Positions 26,589 through 40,500 of a stretch of 64,000 nucleotides of DNA are shown here, piece by piece. Where the stretch lies: assembly GCA_030390025.1 (NCBI GenBank), contig CM059432.1:10726001-10790000 (forward strand), read 5' to 3'. The notes beneath the pieces are model-generated. The model did no database searches and had not been told where the DNA came from. It was given only the letters and a program-made list of their open reading frames with translations. Made by a program: the position numbers and the translations under genes. Source of the DNA: Squalus acanthias. Taxonomy: Eukaryota. Numbering within the stretch: position 1 is the first letter of the stretch; each line of letters begins with the position of its first letter.

Positions 26589-27943
26589 TGTGCACATAAT
26601 CTAGGCTGACACTCCAGTGCAGTGCTGAGGGAGTGCTGCACTGACGGAGGCGCAGTCTTCCGGCTGAGACATTAAACTGAGGCTCCCCCCCCCCCCCCGT
26701 CTGCTCTCTCAGGTGAACGTAGAGGAGCCCATGGCACTATTTCGAAGAAGAGCAGGGGAGTTCGAGCCAGTATTTATCCCTCAACTAATGTCGCTAAAAG
26801 AAAATACAGATTATCAGAGCCGTTATCTCACTGCTGTTTGTGGGAGCTTGCTGCGTGTAAATTGGCTGCCGCGCTTCCAACATTACAACACTGACTACAC
26901 TTCAAAAGCGCTTTATTGACTGTGAAGCACTTTCGGACGTCCTGAGCTCTTGAATGGTGCTATAGTCCTTTCCTTCAGGTGGAGAATCTAGTTACCATAA
27001 GCAATAGCCCACCTCTGACTACTGACAAGGGCTAGTTAACACCCAAGGCTCCAAGTCCAATATAAAGTGCACTAAGAGGTTTTCTATAGCCATAATTATG
27101 CAGGATAATTTTCAAATTATTCATCAGAATGCTGCTACATACAAGTCTACTGAGCAGTATTGCCTTGGATCTGAAATACTTTCTTTTTTTTAAAGAAATT
27201 TCAGTTTTTACAATGCATCCCTCAACCTACCCTCCTAAGAATTCATAGCATTCTTGTGATCATTTTTTTTAACGTAATCCTGCCCCTGTTACAAATTTTG
27301 CTGCAGTAACACTACTGCAGTCCTCGTAGGGTTGAGAAGCTAAAGATATATGGTTCCTTTGTTGAGTTTGGATGCGGTACCGCGGATATTGATTGCAATG
27401 TCCCTTTCTCTGCAAATATCACAAAATTATTCGGAAGAATGTCATTTCTCCGCTGTATTTTGTAGATCTCATCTTCAAGATCTGAGTCAAAACCTGATGT
27501 TATTTTAATATTTGAAGATGAATGAACATGTTAAAAAAAAAACACAAATCATTACTCCTGAATAAATAGGTCCTCTTTGCACAATGTAACAACCCTGATA
27601 ATTACGTCTACTGCGTTGGAACAGATGTTTGTAAATAAATATAGGTTATTTTTCCTCGGATTTTTTGTTGTTGTTGTAATGACACTACCATTTAAGACAG
27701 GCTTGTTGATTATTTTCCCCACCTCCACTGGAAATCTCAGTATGAATCTCTTCTTGTCTGTGATGGTGCTACATGATTCCGGGGGGATAACAAACTGCTG
27801 CTACATACAGTCGCTACGTCCCCGCAACAAACTGCGAAGGGAAATTATTTGGGGGAGTGGGGGGGAAAGGCAGGGGTGGGTGGTGGAAAGAGAGACTTCA
27901 TTGTCTTACTGAATAAACATAAGAGAACGAGATGTAATCTTAC

Positions 27944-28015
27944 AGAAGCTGCAGGGATGGCATGTGTAAGAAGCTGCTTTCTGGGATTTCACTGAAGCCA
28001 GACTTCACAAATGAT
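27944..28015 (-). CDS. LGI1: LGI1-like coding exon 2 (72 bp, SFVKSGFSEIPESSFLHMPSLQLL)
   Basis: tacag acceptor, GTAAG donor, phase 2; resembles LGI1 [24 protein letters not shown]. Confidence 0.9.
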
Positions 28016-28318
28016 CTGTAAACAGAATGCATCGGTTAAAATGCCAGAATCCCGAGCCCCCTTTCAATCAATCCAATCACATGCATTGTGGACAGACAAA
28101 TCATTTGACTACAATATATTTAAATAGCCCACGGTACAATTTGGCAATCGACATTCACCACAGCCTATTTTTAGATGGGTGCAACACAGGCGACAATGAT
28201 CCGTGCATTTTCTGCCACACACTCATGCACCATTATACAATAAAAAAACAAACGCAGTTAAGCTTCCATTAGTGTCAAATGACATGTACAATTGTGTATC
28301 ACAGATCATAGTACTTAC

Positions 28319-28512
28319 AAGGAGACCACACCTGGAGGAAAACTGTGAGGGATTGATTTTCTATTTTCACACAAAGCATTATCTCTGGAGCAGGTGCATG
28401 CTGTGGGACATTTCATCTGTTTCGGCGTTTTCTTTGCTTCAACTAAGAGCAAGAGGTAAATAATCCACCAGACCCGGGACAATCTTTTCGTGGTTTTATT
28501 GGCATTTCCCAT
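28319..28512 (-). CDS. LGI1: LGI1-like coding exon 1 (signal peptide and LRR N-terminal cap)
   Basis: MGNA...LLLVEAKK..KCPTACTCSRDNALCEN..SIP...PP.VVSL; phase-2 GTAAGT donor; in-frame TGA two codons upstream fixes the start. Exact paralog identity is uncertain. Confidence 0.88.
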
Positions 28513-29625
28513 TCTTCAGTACACGCTCGGCGCAAGTCGCGGCAAAAGAATTTATCCCAGATCAGGAACTGATCCTTGACAGCTGTCCTGTTCCCTGCTT
28601 CTATGAAGCCAAGCCACCGTCCTCTTCTACCTACACGACGTTTGAACTGCAGCTGACTTATATTCCACTAGTGCAGCAAATGCTAGAGTCAGTGGTCTGT
28701 TTCCATTTCGCAAATGCGAAGGTGTGCTCCAGAAATCTTTTATTGCTGGTGGCAATGCAGAACCTCTAAGCCTTTTTATGTTTTTTAAAAAAAAATCTCG
28801 CATTGACTTAATCGAACCGGGTTATCCTGTTGTTTATTTGCATTTTATATATATTTTTTTTTCAGAATGTCATGCAATCCATCGTGGACCCTTTGGAATA
28901 AAATGGAACAGGCTGAAGTCCTCTGGGGAATTATAAAAAGGAAATATTATGGATGGATGGATCTCATTTCCCCATACACTGTTCATCGACTGTATGGGCT
29001 GAAGTGCAGTGAGAAAAAAAATTAAATGGAGCATCCTGTCCAATGATGTAATTGGGAGCTGGCAATGAAGAGCATATTGCACCATTACTACAGTTAGTGT
29101 AGAACCCCTTTCAATAGGATTTGATTAAGCTTACAGAGCTTTCTGGGAAATTATTTCATTATATAAGCTAACAAATAAATTCATGCGCAATATTTCACTC
29201 TATCATATAAAAAAATATATACATTAATTCCCTGGTAATAACATTTGAATTATTTACAATAAAATTAAAGTCAAAGATTACAATTGCAGCACCTGTAAAT
29301 TCTGTATTTTAATTCTTAACACTTTCAAAGCTATATTCAGACAGTTCGGACTAATTTTAATCTGTATTGCTGCTTGCAAAGCTAAATTTAATGCAGCATC
29401 TTGTGAGTTGCATGCACAATGACACATATGCAAAGTAATTGCTATTTTTAGCCGCAGTGTTAACAATGTGACACAGAGGATGGATGCTGTGCTGATGAGC
29501 GGAACAAGCGAGTGTTCGTGTCCATGATTTCGCACTTGCGTCCACGAGCAGAAGGCACAGGAGAGAGGCGAGCAAAGCTCAGAGATAAGTGACAGCAGAA
29601 GAGTCTCACATACTTCTTACAAAGG

Positions 29626-29750
29626 CAAAACACTGCGGATGCTGGGGATCTGAAATAAAAAAACAGGAAATGCTGGAAATACTCAGCGGGTCAGGCAGCA
29701 TCTGTGGAGAGAGAAAGAGAGTTAGCGGTTCAGGTCGATGACCTTTCATG
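29626..29750 (-). mobile_element. Penelope-type terminal repeat fragment with degenerate hammerhead core; related pieces at ~34646-34752 and ~23250-23315
   Basis: Minus strand reads ATGAA-AGGTC(ATC)GACCT-GAACCG; the three segments are mutually similar. Confidence 0.55.
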
Positions 29751-30810
29751 AAATCTCGCTCTTTCCTCCTTTAAGACGCTCCTTAAAACCTACCTCTTTA
29801 ACCATGCTTTCGGTCACCTGTCCTCATATCTCCTTATGTGGCTCGGAGTTAGATATTGTTTGATAACGCTCCTGTGAAGCCCCTTGGAACTTTTATATGT
29901 TCAAGGCGGCGCTATAAATGCAAGTTGTTGTTGCCTCATCCATGGAGCCGCTGGATTTTCTCCGCCCCCCCCCCCCCCCCCCCCCGGTCAGCTCTCTGCC
30001 TGCCAATGCTTGGCAGCTCACCATCTCAAGGGCAATTACAGATGGGCAATAAATGCTGGCCATGCCAGTGACGCCCAGATCCCATGAACGAATATTTAAA
30101 AAAATCTGTATTCTAATGAGGCCCGAACGGTGAAAATGGTTCGGACCTCCTATTGGATTCATCAGGCGGGCACCACAGACACACCACCGACTTCATGCCC
30201 ATTTTGGGCAAAAGTTCTAAATCACCGAAAATATATCTACAAACGCACTTCACTTGAACTATTGCAGACAAACCTGCACCCAATATAACCCTGTGGGGCA
30301 AGACATGTGCTATGCACTGAGTAGGTAGGTTTCTGACACCCAGTGATGACCAGGGTGAGCTAGCCCCCAGCAGATGCCTCAGTGGACCAGAATTCTCGCA
30401 CCCTGCAGCTAGCCAGCCAAGCAGACCCAGGTACCCAGGCATTGAACACTGGCCAGTCTGACTGCGCTGTGCAGCTCATAATAAGGGATTCGCCCCATCA
30501 GGCACAAACATGTCAAACTAAAACAGGATTGCGCCAGTCAGTATTGCCTCTTTATACTAAAAATAAAGAGGGAGTGGTAACTTTACATCGAATTACATAG
30601 AATTTACAGCACAGAAACAGGCCATTCGGCCCAACTGGTCTGTACTGGCATTTATGCTCCATGTGAGCCTTCTCCCGCCCTTCTTCCTCTAACCCTATCA
30701 GCATATTCTTCTTCTTTCTCCCTCTTATGTGCTTATCTAGCCTCCCCTTAAATGCATCTATGCTATTCGCCTCAAATACTCCTTGTGGTAGTGAGTTCCA
30801 CATTCTCACC

Positions 30811-33738
30811 ATAGAATCATAGAAAGTTACAGCACGGAAGGAGGCCATTTTGGCCCATCGTGTCCGCGCCGGCCAACAAAGAGCTATCCAGCTTAATCCC
30901 ACTTCTCAGCTCTTGGTCCGTAGCCCTGCAGGTTACAGCATCCCAAGTGCACATCCAAGTACTTTATAAATGTGGTTAGGGTTTCTGCCTCTACCACCCT
31001 TTCAGGCAGTGAGTTTCAGACCCCCACAACCCTCTGAGTGAAGAAATTCCCCTCAAATCCCCTCTAAACCTTCCACCAATTACTTTAAATCTGTGCCCCC
31101 TGGTTTTTGACCCCTCTGCTAAGGGGAATAGGTCCTTTCTATCCACTTTATCTCGGCCCCTCATAATTTTATACACCTCAGTAAGGTCTCCCCTCAGCCT
31201 CCTCTGTTCCAAGGAAAACAAACCCAGCCTATCCAGTCTTTCCTCATAGCTAAGATTCTCTACTCCCAGCAACATCCTTGTAAATCTCTTCTGTACCCTC
31301 TCGAGTACAATCACATCTTTTCTGTAATGTGGTGACCAGAACTGCACGTAGTACTCTAGCTGAGGCCTAACTAGTGTTTTATACAGTTGAAGCATAACCC
31401 CCCTGCTCTTGTTTTCTATGCCACGGCTAATAAAGGCAAGCATTCCGTATGCCTTCTTAACCACCTTATTTACCTGGCCTGCTACCTTCAGGGATCTGTG
31501 GACATGCACTCCGAGGTCCCTTTGTTCCTCTATACTACTCAGTGTCCTACCATTTAATGTGTATTCCCTTTCCTTGTTAGCCCTCCCCAAATGCATTACC
31601 TCACACTTCTCCGGATTGAATTCCATTTGCCACTGTTCTGCCCACCTGACCAATTTATTGATATCTTCCTGCAGTCTACAGCTTCCTTCTTCAGTATCAA
31701 CCACACAGCCGATTTTAGTATCATCTGCAAACTTCTTAATCATACCCCCTATATTCAAGTCAAGATCATTGATATATACCACAAAAAGCAAGGGACCTAG
31801 TACTGAGCCCTGCGGAACCCCACTGGAAACAGCCTTCCAGTCACAAAAACACCCATCAACCATTACCCTCTGCTTCCTGCCTTCGAGCCAGTTTTGAATC
31901 CAACTTGACACTTTGCCCTGGATCCTATGGGCTTTTAACTTCGTGACCAGTCTGCCATGTGGAACCTTATCAAAAGCCTTGCTAAAGTCCATATACACTA
32001 CATCAAATGCACTACCCTCATCTACCCTCCTTGTTCCCTCCTCAAAAAATTCAATCAAGTTTGTCAGACACGACCTTCCCTTAACAAATCCGTGCTGACT
32101 ATCCTTGATTAATCCGTGTCTTTCTAAATGAAAATTTATCCTGTCCTTCAGAATTCTTTCCAATAATTTTCCCACCACCGAGGTTAGGCTGACTGGCCTG
32201 TAATTACTCGATATATCCTTTTCTCCCTTTTTAAACAAGGGTACCACATTAGCAGTCCTCCAGTCCTCCGGCACCACACCTGAAGCCAGAGAGGATTGGA
32301 AAATGATGGTCAGGGCCTCTGCTATTTCCTCTTTTGCTTTGCTTAACAGCCTGGAATACATTTCATCCAGGCCTGGGGATTTATCCACTTTTAAAGCTGC
32401 TAAACCCTGGTAGCAATGTCTGCTTCGCCCCTCTCCTTTGTGAAAACAGTCGCAAAGTATTCATTAAGAACCCTACCGATGTTTCCCACCTCCACACACA
32501 GATTATCCTCATGATCTCTAATAGGCCCTACCCTTTCTTTAGTTATCATCTTACTCTTAATATATTTATAAAACATCTTTGGGTTTTCCTTGATTTTACT
32601 TGCCAAGAATTTTTCATGCTCTCTCTTTGCTTTCCTAATATCCTTTTTAATTGCACCCCTGCACTTTCTGTACTCCTCTAAAGATTCTGGAGTATTTAGC
32701 CCTTGGTATCTGTCATACGCCTCCCTTTTTTTCTTTATCCTACCCTGTATGTCCCTAGACATCCAGGGGGCTCTAGATTTGTTAATCCCACTTTTTTTCT
32801 TTAAGGGCACATGTTTGGTCTGAACCCTCCGGATCTCCTCCTTGAATGCCTCCCACTGCTCTGACACTGATTTACCTTCAAGTAGCTGTTTCCAGTCCAC
32901 TATGGCTAAATCCCCTCTGAGCTCAGCAAAATTTGCTTTTCCCCAATTTAGAATTTTTATTCCTGGTCTATCCTTGTCCTTTTCCATAACTACCTTAAAT
33001 CTAACTGAATTATGGTCACTAGCACCAAAATGCTCCCCCACTGACATGCCTTCTACCTGCCCAGCTTCATTCCCTAAAACTAAGTCCAGGACCACCCCCT
33101 CCCTTGTTGGGCTTGCTACATACTGGCTAAAAAAGTTCTCCTGGATGCATTTTAGGAACTCCATACCCTCTATACCCTTCACACTAATTTTATCCCAGTT
33201 AATATTGGGATAGTTGAACTCCCCTACTATTATTGCCCTATAGTTTTTGCACTTCTCAGAAATTTGTCTACATATTTGCTCTTCTATCTCCCTCTCACTG
33301 TTTGGGGGTCTGTAGTACACTCCCAGCAGTGTGATCGCCCCTTTTTTGTTTTTCAATTCGACCCATATGGCCTCGTTTGATGATCCCTCCAACATATCAT
33401 CCCTCCTCACAGCTGTAATAGTTTCTTTAATCAATACCGCGACCCCCCCCCCTCCCTTTTTATCCCATCTGAAAATCCTGTAACCAGGAATGTTGAGCTG
33501 CCATACCTGCCCCTCTTTCAGCCACGTCTCTGTAATAGCTATAATATCATAGTCCCAATTATCTACCTGTGCCCTCAGCTCATCTGCCTTATTTGCTATA
33601 CCATAATACAGGCAAACCTCCTTGTTGACTACTATCTAGCCCTTGATTCCTCTGACCTTCCAATTTACTTTCTACGTTTTACTTTTCCAATTTTTCTTCC
33701 CTCCCTACTGACTCTATTCTTAGGTTCCCATCCCCCTG
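30811..33738 (-). mobile_element. Long CR1 LINE: APE endonuclease part (32400-33434) plus RT (30991-32388), disabled; nested in another CR1 3' end
   Basis: GVYYRPP, G(E)FNYP, SDH endonuclease motifs and RT motifs; stop and apparent deletion at ~32400; frameshifted 3' end. Confidence 0.93.
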
Positions 33739-34475
33739 CCACCACTCTCTGGGTAAAGACGTATCCCCTGAATTCCCCATTGGATTTATTGGTGACTATC
33801 TTATATTTATGGCCCCTAGTATTGGTCTACCCCACAAGTGGAAACATCTTCTCTACGTCTATCCTATCGAACCCTTTCATAATCTTAAAGTCCTCTATTA
33901 GATCACCCCTCAGCCTTCTCTTTTCCAGAAAGAAAGACTTGCATTTCTATAGCGCCTTTCACGACCACCAGACATCCCAAAGCACTTTACAGCCAATTAA
34001 GTACTTTTTGGAATGTAGTCACTGTTGTAATGTAGGAAACACAGCAAGGTCCCACAAACAGCAATGTGATAATGACCAGATAATCTGTTTTAGTGATGTT
34101 GGTTGAGGGATAAATATTGGCCAGGACACAAGGGATAACTCCCCTGCTCTTCTTCGAAATAGTGCCATGGGATTTTTTACATCCACCTGAGAGAGAGCAG
34201 ACGGGGCCTTGGTTTAACGTCTCATCCGAAAGACGACACCTCCAACAGTGCAGCACTCACTCAGTACTGCACTGGGAGCTTCAGCCTAGCCTTTATGTGC
34301 TCAGGTCTTGAACCCACAACCTTTCTGACTCAGAGGAGAGTGTGCTACCCACTGAGCCACTGGTTGACACAGAGAAAAGTGCCTGTTCAGTCTTTCCTGA
34401 TAGTTGTAACCTCTCAGATCTGGTGTCTGTTTAATTCTGCGAATTTAGCTGAGAAGAATATAATCTTTATGATTT

Positions 34476-36172
34476 AGGAAGGATATACTTACCTTGGAGG
34501 CGGTGCAACGAAGGTTCACTAGATTGATTCCTGGGATGAGAGGGCTGTCCTATGATGAGAGATTGTGTAGAATGGGCCTATACTCTCTAGAATTTAGAAG
34601 AACGAGAGGTGATCTCATTGAAACATACAAGATTCTGAAGGGGCAATAGCAAAATACTTCAGATGCTGGAAATCTGAAATAACAGCAGAAATTGCTGGAA
34701 ACACTCAGCAGATCAGGCAGCATCGAAGAGAGGAGAAACAGAGTTAACTTTCTGTTGTTATTTAAGATTCTGAAGGGGATTGACAGGGTAGATGCTGAGA
34801 GGTTGTTTCCCCTGGCTGGAGTGTCTAGAACTAGGGGGCATAGTCTCAGGATAAGGGGTAGGCCATTTAAGACTGAGATGAGGAGGAATTTCTTCACTCA
34901 GAGGGTTGTGAATCTGGAGTTTAGAAGAATGAGAGTTGATCTCATTGAAACATACAAAATTCTTACAGGGCTTGACAGAATAGATGCAGGGAGGATGTTT
35001 CCCCTGGCTGGGGAGTCTAGAACCAGGGGTCATAGTCACAGATTAAGGGGTCGGCCATTTAGGACTGAGATGAGGATAAATTTCTTCACTCAGAGGGTTG
35101 TGAATCTTTGGAATTCTCTACCCCAGAGGGCAGTGGATGCTGAGTCATTGGGCTGGATTTTCAATGACCCGTGGAGTCGGGTTTGGAGGCGTGTGGGGGG
35201 TTAAAGTTGCAGATTCGGGGGTCCCGACCCCATCCCGCCTCCAACCCGCCTCCATGCCAGTTTCGCTGGTGGCGGGTACCCGACCTGTGCTGAGACCCGA
35301 CTCTCCGAGGCGGGAAGGGATTAGTGACAATTAACTGCCTGTTAACAGGTAGTTAACAGGCAGTTTTTTGGATAATCCCTATTTTAAAAGGTGAAATGTG
35401 GGCTTCCCGACAGGTGGTAACCACGCCAAGTTATCGGGGTGGACCGTGGGTCTGCAGGGGTTGGAGGGATCGATATGTCCGGTGGGCAGGTGAGTGATGG
35501 GTGCATGTGTGCAGAGGTAAGTGTGTAAGGTAAGTGCTAAGTGTGGGAAAAAGTTTTACTTACCTTAACTTCCTCCTGCAGGTGTCAGCCCTTCAGGTCT
35601 CGGGAGTCAGAAATCTCACCGGCACAGAAAGCAGAAAAGCCGTGGTCCTGTCAAAAACTGCAGCCTTCTGTTTTCTGCGGTGGAATGATTTCTAACTCAG
35701 CCTGAGAGGAAGGACTCAAGTTAGAAATCATATTGTCAGTGTTTGACAGCTTCACAGAGCTGTCAAACGCTGATATTTCATCTGTCAAAAGCTCTTGACA
35801 GATGAAATGTCAATCTGTGACATCACCTGTTGCCGGGTAGCCCTTAATTGGCCTGCTGAGCCCACTGGGCGGGCTCAACAAGGTCAATCAAGGGAAAATA
35901 CAGTGGGTTGGCCACATCTCGATGGAGGCGGGTTTACAAGCCAAAATGTGGGATTCACGACACCAACCCGACCTGAGTATCAAAATCCAGCCCATTGAGT
36001 ATATTCAAGGCTGAGATAGATAGATTTTTACACTCTAGGGGAATCAAGGGATATGGAGATCGGGCTGGAAAGTGGAGTTGAGGTCGATGATCAGCCATGA
36101 TCTTATTGAATGATGGAGCAGGCTCGAGGGGCCGTATGGCCTACTCCTGCTCTTATTTCTTATGTTCTTATG
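34476..36172 (+). mobile_element. Tandem CR1 3' fragments with a Penelope-type piece and a MITE inserted
   Basis: Repeated RGDLIETYKIL / RNFFTQRVVNL segments; CR1 tail at ~36160. Confidence 0.85.
35150..35993. mobile_element. Harbinger-type MITE (family B)
   Basis: TIRs GGGCTGGATTTT / AAAATCCAGCCC; ATT TSD restores CR1 GAGTCATTGA. Confidence 0.85.
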
Positions 36173-36672
36173 ATCATAATGTGCTTCTTCAGTGGTTATG
36201 CTGAGTTTTATTTTCTCTGCCGTTTTTGCTCTATCTGGGTCAGGCCCCTTGAGGTCTGGGTATTGCTGAAAGGAACTCAATTATCCATCAAATGCACAAT
36301 TATGCCAGGCTTCAACATAGCAGAGTTAATCAAAAAAATATAAGCCTGTCAGAGCCCATGACAAATGTTTGTTCTGAAACGCAGTTAATGGGCGGCTAAT
36401 GGAAGCTGCACCACACTAACAAAACACTTGATTGCACCCACCTCAAGTGCCCTACTCTCAATATAGGCTGAGTGCTTCATTGAAAGTATCACAGATGCAG
36501 TTCATGTCCTAGTGATGTAGCAGGTAAGACATCAGCCGCACACAACACATACCAACTCTCCATATCAGAAATTTAAAAAAATGTGAATGTTGGAAATAAG
36601 AAATAAAATACTCCCCACCTCAACCTGCAGTCTGGCATTTCTTACTGAGGCATGCTAACATTATTCGCATTC

Positions 36673-37264
36673 ACAGAATCATACAACCCAGACGTAGGCC
36701 ATTCGGCCCATATGTGTCTGTGCCATCTCTTTTAGAGAGCCATCCAATTAGTCCCACTCCCCCTGCTCTTTTCCCATAGCCCTGCAAATTTTTCCTTTTC
36801 AAGTAGATATCTAATTCCCTTTTGAAAGTTACTGTTGAATCTGCTTCCAGCACCCTTTCAAGCAGCGCATTCCAGATCACAACAACTCGCTGCATAAAAA
36901 AAATTCTCTTCCTCTCCCCTCTGGTTCTTTTGCCAATTATCTTAAATCTGTCTCCTCTGGTTACTGACCCTCTTGCCAGTGGAAATAGTTTCTCCTTATT
37001 TACTCTATTAAAAAGCCTTCATATTTTTGAACACCTCTATTAAACCTCCCCGTAACCTTCTTTGCTCTGAGCACAATTGCAGCTTCTCCAGTCTCTCCTC
37101 ATAACTGAAGTCAACTCATCCCTGGTATCATGCTAGAAAATTTCCTCTGCACCCTCTCCAAGGCCTTGACATCCTTCCTAAAGTGTGGTGCCCAGAAATG
37201 GACCCAATACTCCAGCTGAGGCCTAACCAGTCATTCATAAAGGTTGAGCATAACTTCCTTGCTT
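36673..37264 (-). mobile_element. CR1 3' fragment
   Basis: QRVVVIWNALLERV motif and CR1 3' UTR. Confidence 0.85.
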
Positions 37265-37521
37265 GTGGAAGGCAGCAAAATAGTTTTCTCCATGGGATTC
37301 CCTTCTAACTTATTTGTTGGAGAAGGAAGAGGAGGTAGACCTGCAGGCAACTAAGGATACCCACCTCACAAGGCAACATTACAGAAGATCTAGACCTTCA
37401 TACAGATACCCCAGCAGATCGTTCCTCAATATATCCATGGAGTTACATGTCAGGAGGCCTCGGTGTTCTGTGACATGTGTGCAGATGTTCCTGGACCTGC
37501 CACTTGATCCAGGATGCTCTG

Positions 37522-40500
37522 TGTCGTAAGAATGAGCCTTACGCGTGGTGAACTTAAAGTAAGCTTTAATCAACTAAAAAGGTGCTACATACAAAAGAGG
37601 TCTTACTCTGTGCCTCTCCAGGATCCAACTGATCAGCCCAGTATTTATCCTGGACTAATCACAGGAAGTGATGTAATAAAGTTCAAGTCACAGGAAGCTG
37701 TATTGTGTTACCACATTCTCCCCCCCCCAAAAGATTAGGAGGCCGGGATGAAGTTCGAGTCACAGGAAGCTGTATTGTGTTACCACATTCTCCCTCCATT
37801 TCGTAGCCGCTGGACGAGGGAGAGCCACACCCGTTTGGGTTCTCGTAGCGGTAGAGGGCCCCTAGCCCGTTTACCCGCCGCGGGCCGTGGACCAGAGTCC
37901 GAGTGATCCAGCCCGCTCTGTGAGGGGTCAGGACGATCCTGACTGTGTACTGGTGCCCGAACGGGTGTCGGGCAGGGCTGTGGCAGATCCGTTTCCGAGC
38001 GTATGGTACGGGGTGGATCGTGGCTGCGCGTGCGAGCCCCGACGGGCTCATAGTCAGTCTGCCCCAGGTCGGCACGCTGGAGTGAGGTACCAGCCGGCGT
38101 CAGATCCAGATCGTGATGAGAGGCACCTGGCGAGCCCAGAGATGTGCCTGGTACAATATCATCCCCTGGTGTCCCTCTATGTTTCGGCGGGCAGGGAGCC
38201 AGATCCCGCAATGACACGGTAGATTCCCGACCGTCAGGATACCGAATATAGGCGTAGGTAGGGTTGACGTCAGTGAGCCCAACCTCATCTACCAGGGGGT
38301 CATTCTTAGATGCCCGAACATATCTTCGGAGTAGCACTGGTCCCGGTGCAGTCAGCCACGATGGGAGAGATATCCCATAGGATGAGCGACGCTGAAATCG
38401 GAAGAACCATTCATGAGGCGTCGTATTTGTGGCGGTCGAAAGGAGGGACCGTGTGGAGTGTAATGCGTCTGGAAGTACTGCTTCCCATTGCTGGTTGGGT
38501 AGGCCCCGAGATCTCAAAGCCAGACGTACCGCATTCCAGATGATAGCGTTAAAACGCTCGACTTGCCCATTCCTGACCGGATGATAAGGCGTAGTTCTGC
38601 TGGCAGCAATACCCCGTTCCGAGAGATAGGCCTTGAGTTCTCCTGACATAAAAGAAGGGCCCCGATCCGAATGAACATAGGATGCCATGCCACAGAAAGC
38701 AAATACCTGCTCAAGGCAGCTGATAACCGTGGTCGTCAGCATATTGGGGCAGGGAAAGGCAAACGGAAAACGGGAATACTCATCGACCATGGTCAATAGA
38801 TAAGTGTTGCGAGTTGAAGAGGGCAACGGCCCCTTAAAATCGATGCTAAGCCGTTGCATTGGCTGGGTCGCATGTATGAGTATACCACCCGAGGGGCGGA
38901 AAAACTGAGGTTTCAATTCCGCACAGACTCTGCAGTCCGAGCACATCTTCTTTACATCCCCGGTAGAGAATGGGAGATTTCGGGACCGCACGAAGTGTAG
39001 CATGCGAGTAACGCCCGGATGACACAACCCATCATGGATGTCTATGAGCGTAGAGGGTGCCATGGCGGAGCAGAATGCTCGTGTGAGGGTATCCGGAGCC
39101 ACATTCTCCTTGCCAGGTCGATAGTGGATGGTGTAACCAAAAGAGGCCAATTCCAGCCGCCAAAGCTGGATTTTATTATTTTTAATTTTGGTCCGTTTTC
39201 GATTATCGAGCATGAAGGCGACCGATCGCTGGTCCGTGATTAAGGTAAAGTGCTGGCGAGCTAGGAGATGAGTCCACTTCCGTACTGCCTCTATGATGGC
39301 TGTAGCTTCTTTCTCGACTGGAGGATAATGTAGCTCAGCCCCTTGAAAAGTCCTGGATAAAAATGCCACCGGACGACCTTCCTGATTCAGAGTGGCCGAG
39401 ATCGCCACCTCCGAGGCATCACACTCAACAACAAAAGGAAGACTCTCATCGATGGAGTGAAGAGCCGCTTTCTCCAACTGTTTTTTCAGGAGGTTAAAGG
39501 CTGCAACAGCCGCTGTGTCTAGTGGGAATGTGCTGGCCTTCAGTAGAGGTTGGATTCGGTCCGAGAAGTTAGGAATCCATTTAGCATAGTATGCAAACAG
39601 GCCGAGGGCCCGACGCAAGGAGGCCGGATTCTTAGGTGGCGGGAGTTCTTGGAGTGGGCGAAGCCTTTCAGGGTCAGGTTTAATGATGCCATTGCCCACA
39701 CAATAGCCAAGGATGTTGATGGTTGGTTGTGACTCAATGGATTTAGCCGCATTTAATGTCAAATTACGGTGCTGGAGTGCATCCCAAAATCGTTGGAGAT
39801 TGGCGTCATGTTCCCGCTGATTGCGACCTGCAACAGTAATATTGTCCAGATAAGGAAACGTATCCTTTAAGTCTTCCTGTTTGACCAGGTCATCCATTGC
39901 TCGCTGGAAGACAGCCACTCCATTAGTGACCCCAAAGGGGAGGCGACGAAATTGATACAGTCGTCCATTGGCTTCAAAGGCCGTATACTACTTGTCTGAG
40001 ACCTTCAAGGGTACCTGATGATAGGCACTTTTCAGATCATATGTTGAGAACACCGTGTACTCAGCCAGTTTATTAACCATATCATCGATGCGCGGCAATG
40101 GGTATGCGTCCAAGTCCGTATATTGATTGATGGTCTGTGAATAGTCAATGCACAGCCGTTTTTTGTGAGGTTGTAGAGGGTTCTTAACAATAACGACCTG
40201 GGCGCGCCATGGCGATGAACAAGGCTCGATGATATCCTCTGCTAAAAGCCGAGAAATCTCAGCCGCAATAAAAGACTGGTCTTCCTGACTGAAACGTCGT
40301 GACTTTGTTATAATCGGTTTGCATCGAGGAGGGATACTGGTAAACAGTGAGGGTTCATCCAGTGAAGCTGCTGACAATGCACAGAACGGTAATCGAGGTC
40401 GTATATTAGAAATAGTGAGTTCAGGTTTGGATCCGCCGAACTCAATGGTGAGCTTCTTATGCTGCTTTTGAAAATCTAGCCCTAAGATAAGATCACTACA

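Noticed and set aside
39988..39990. Programmed stop-codon readthrough between gag and pol
   Set aside because: The TAG falls inside the RT domain (DK*YTAF), not at a gag-pol junction, so a nonsense mutation is the simpler explanation.
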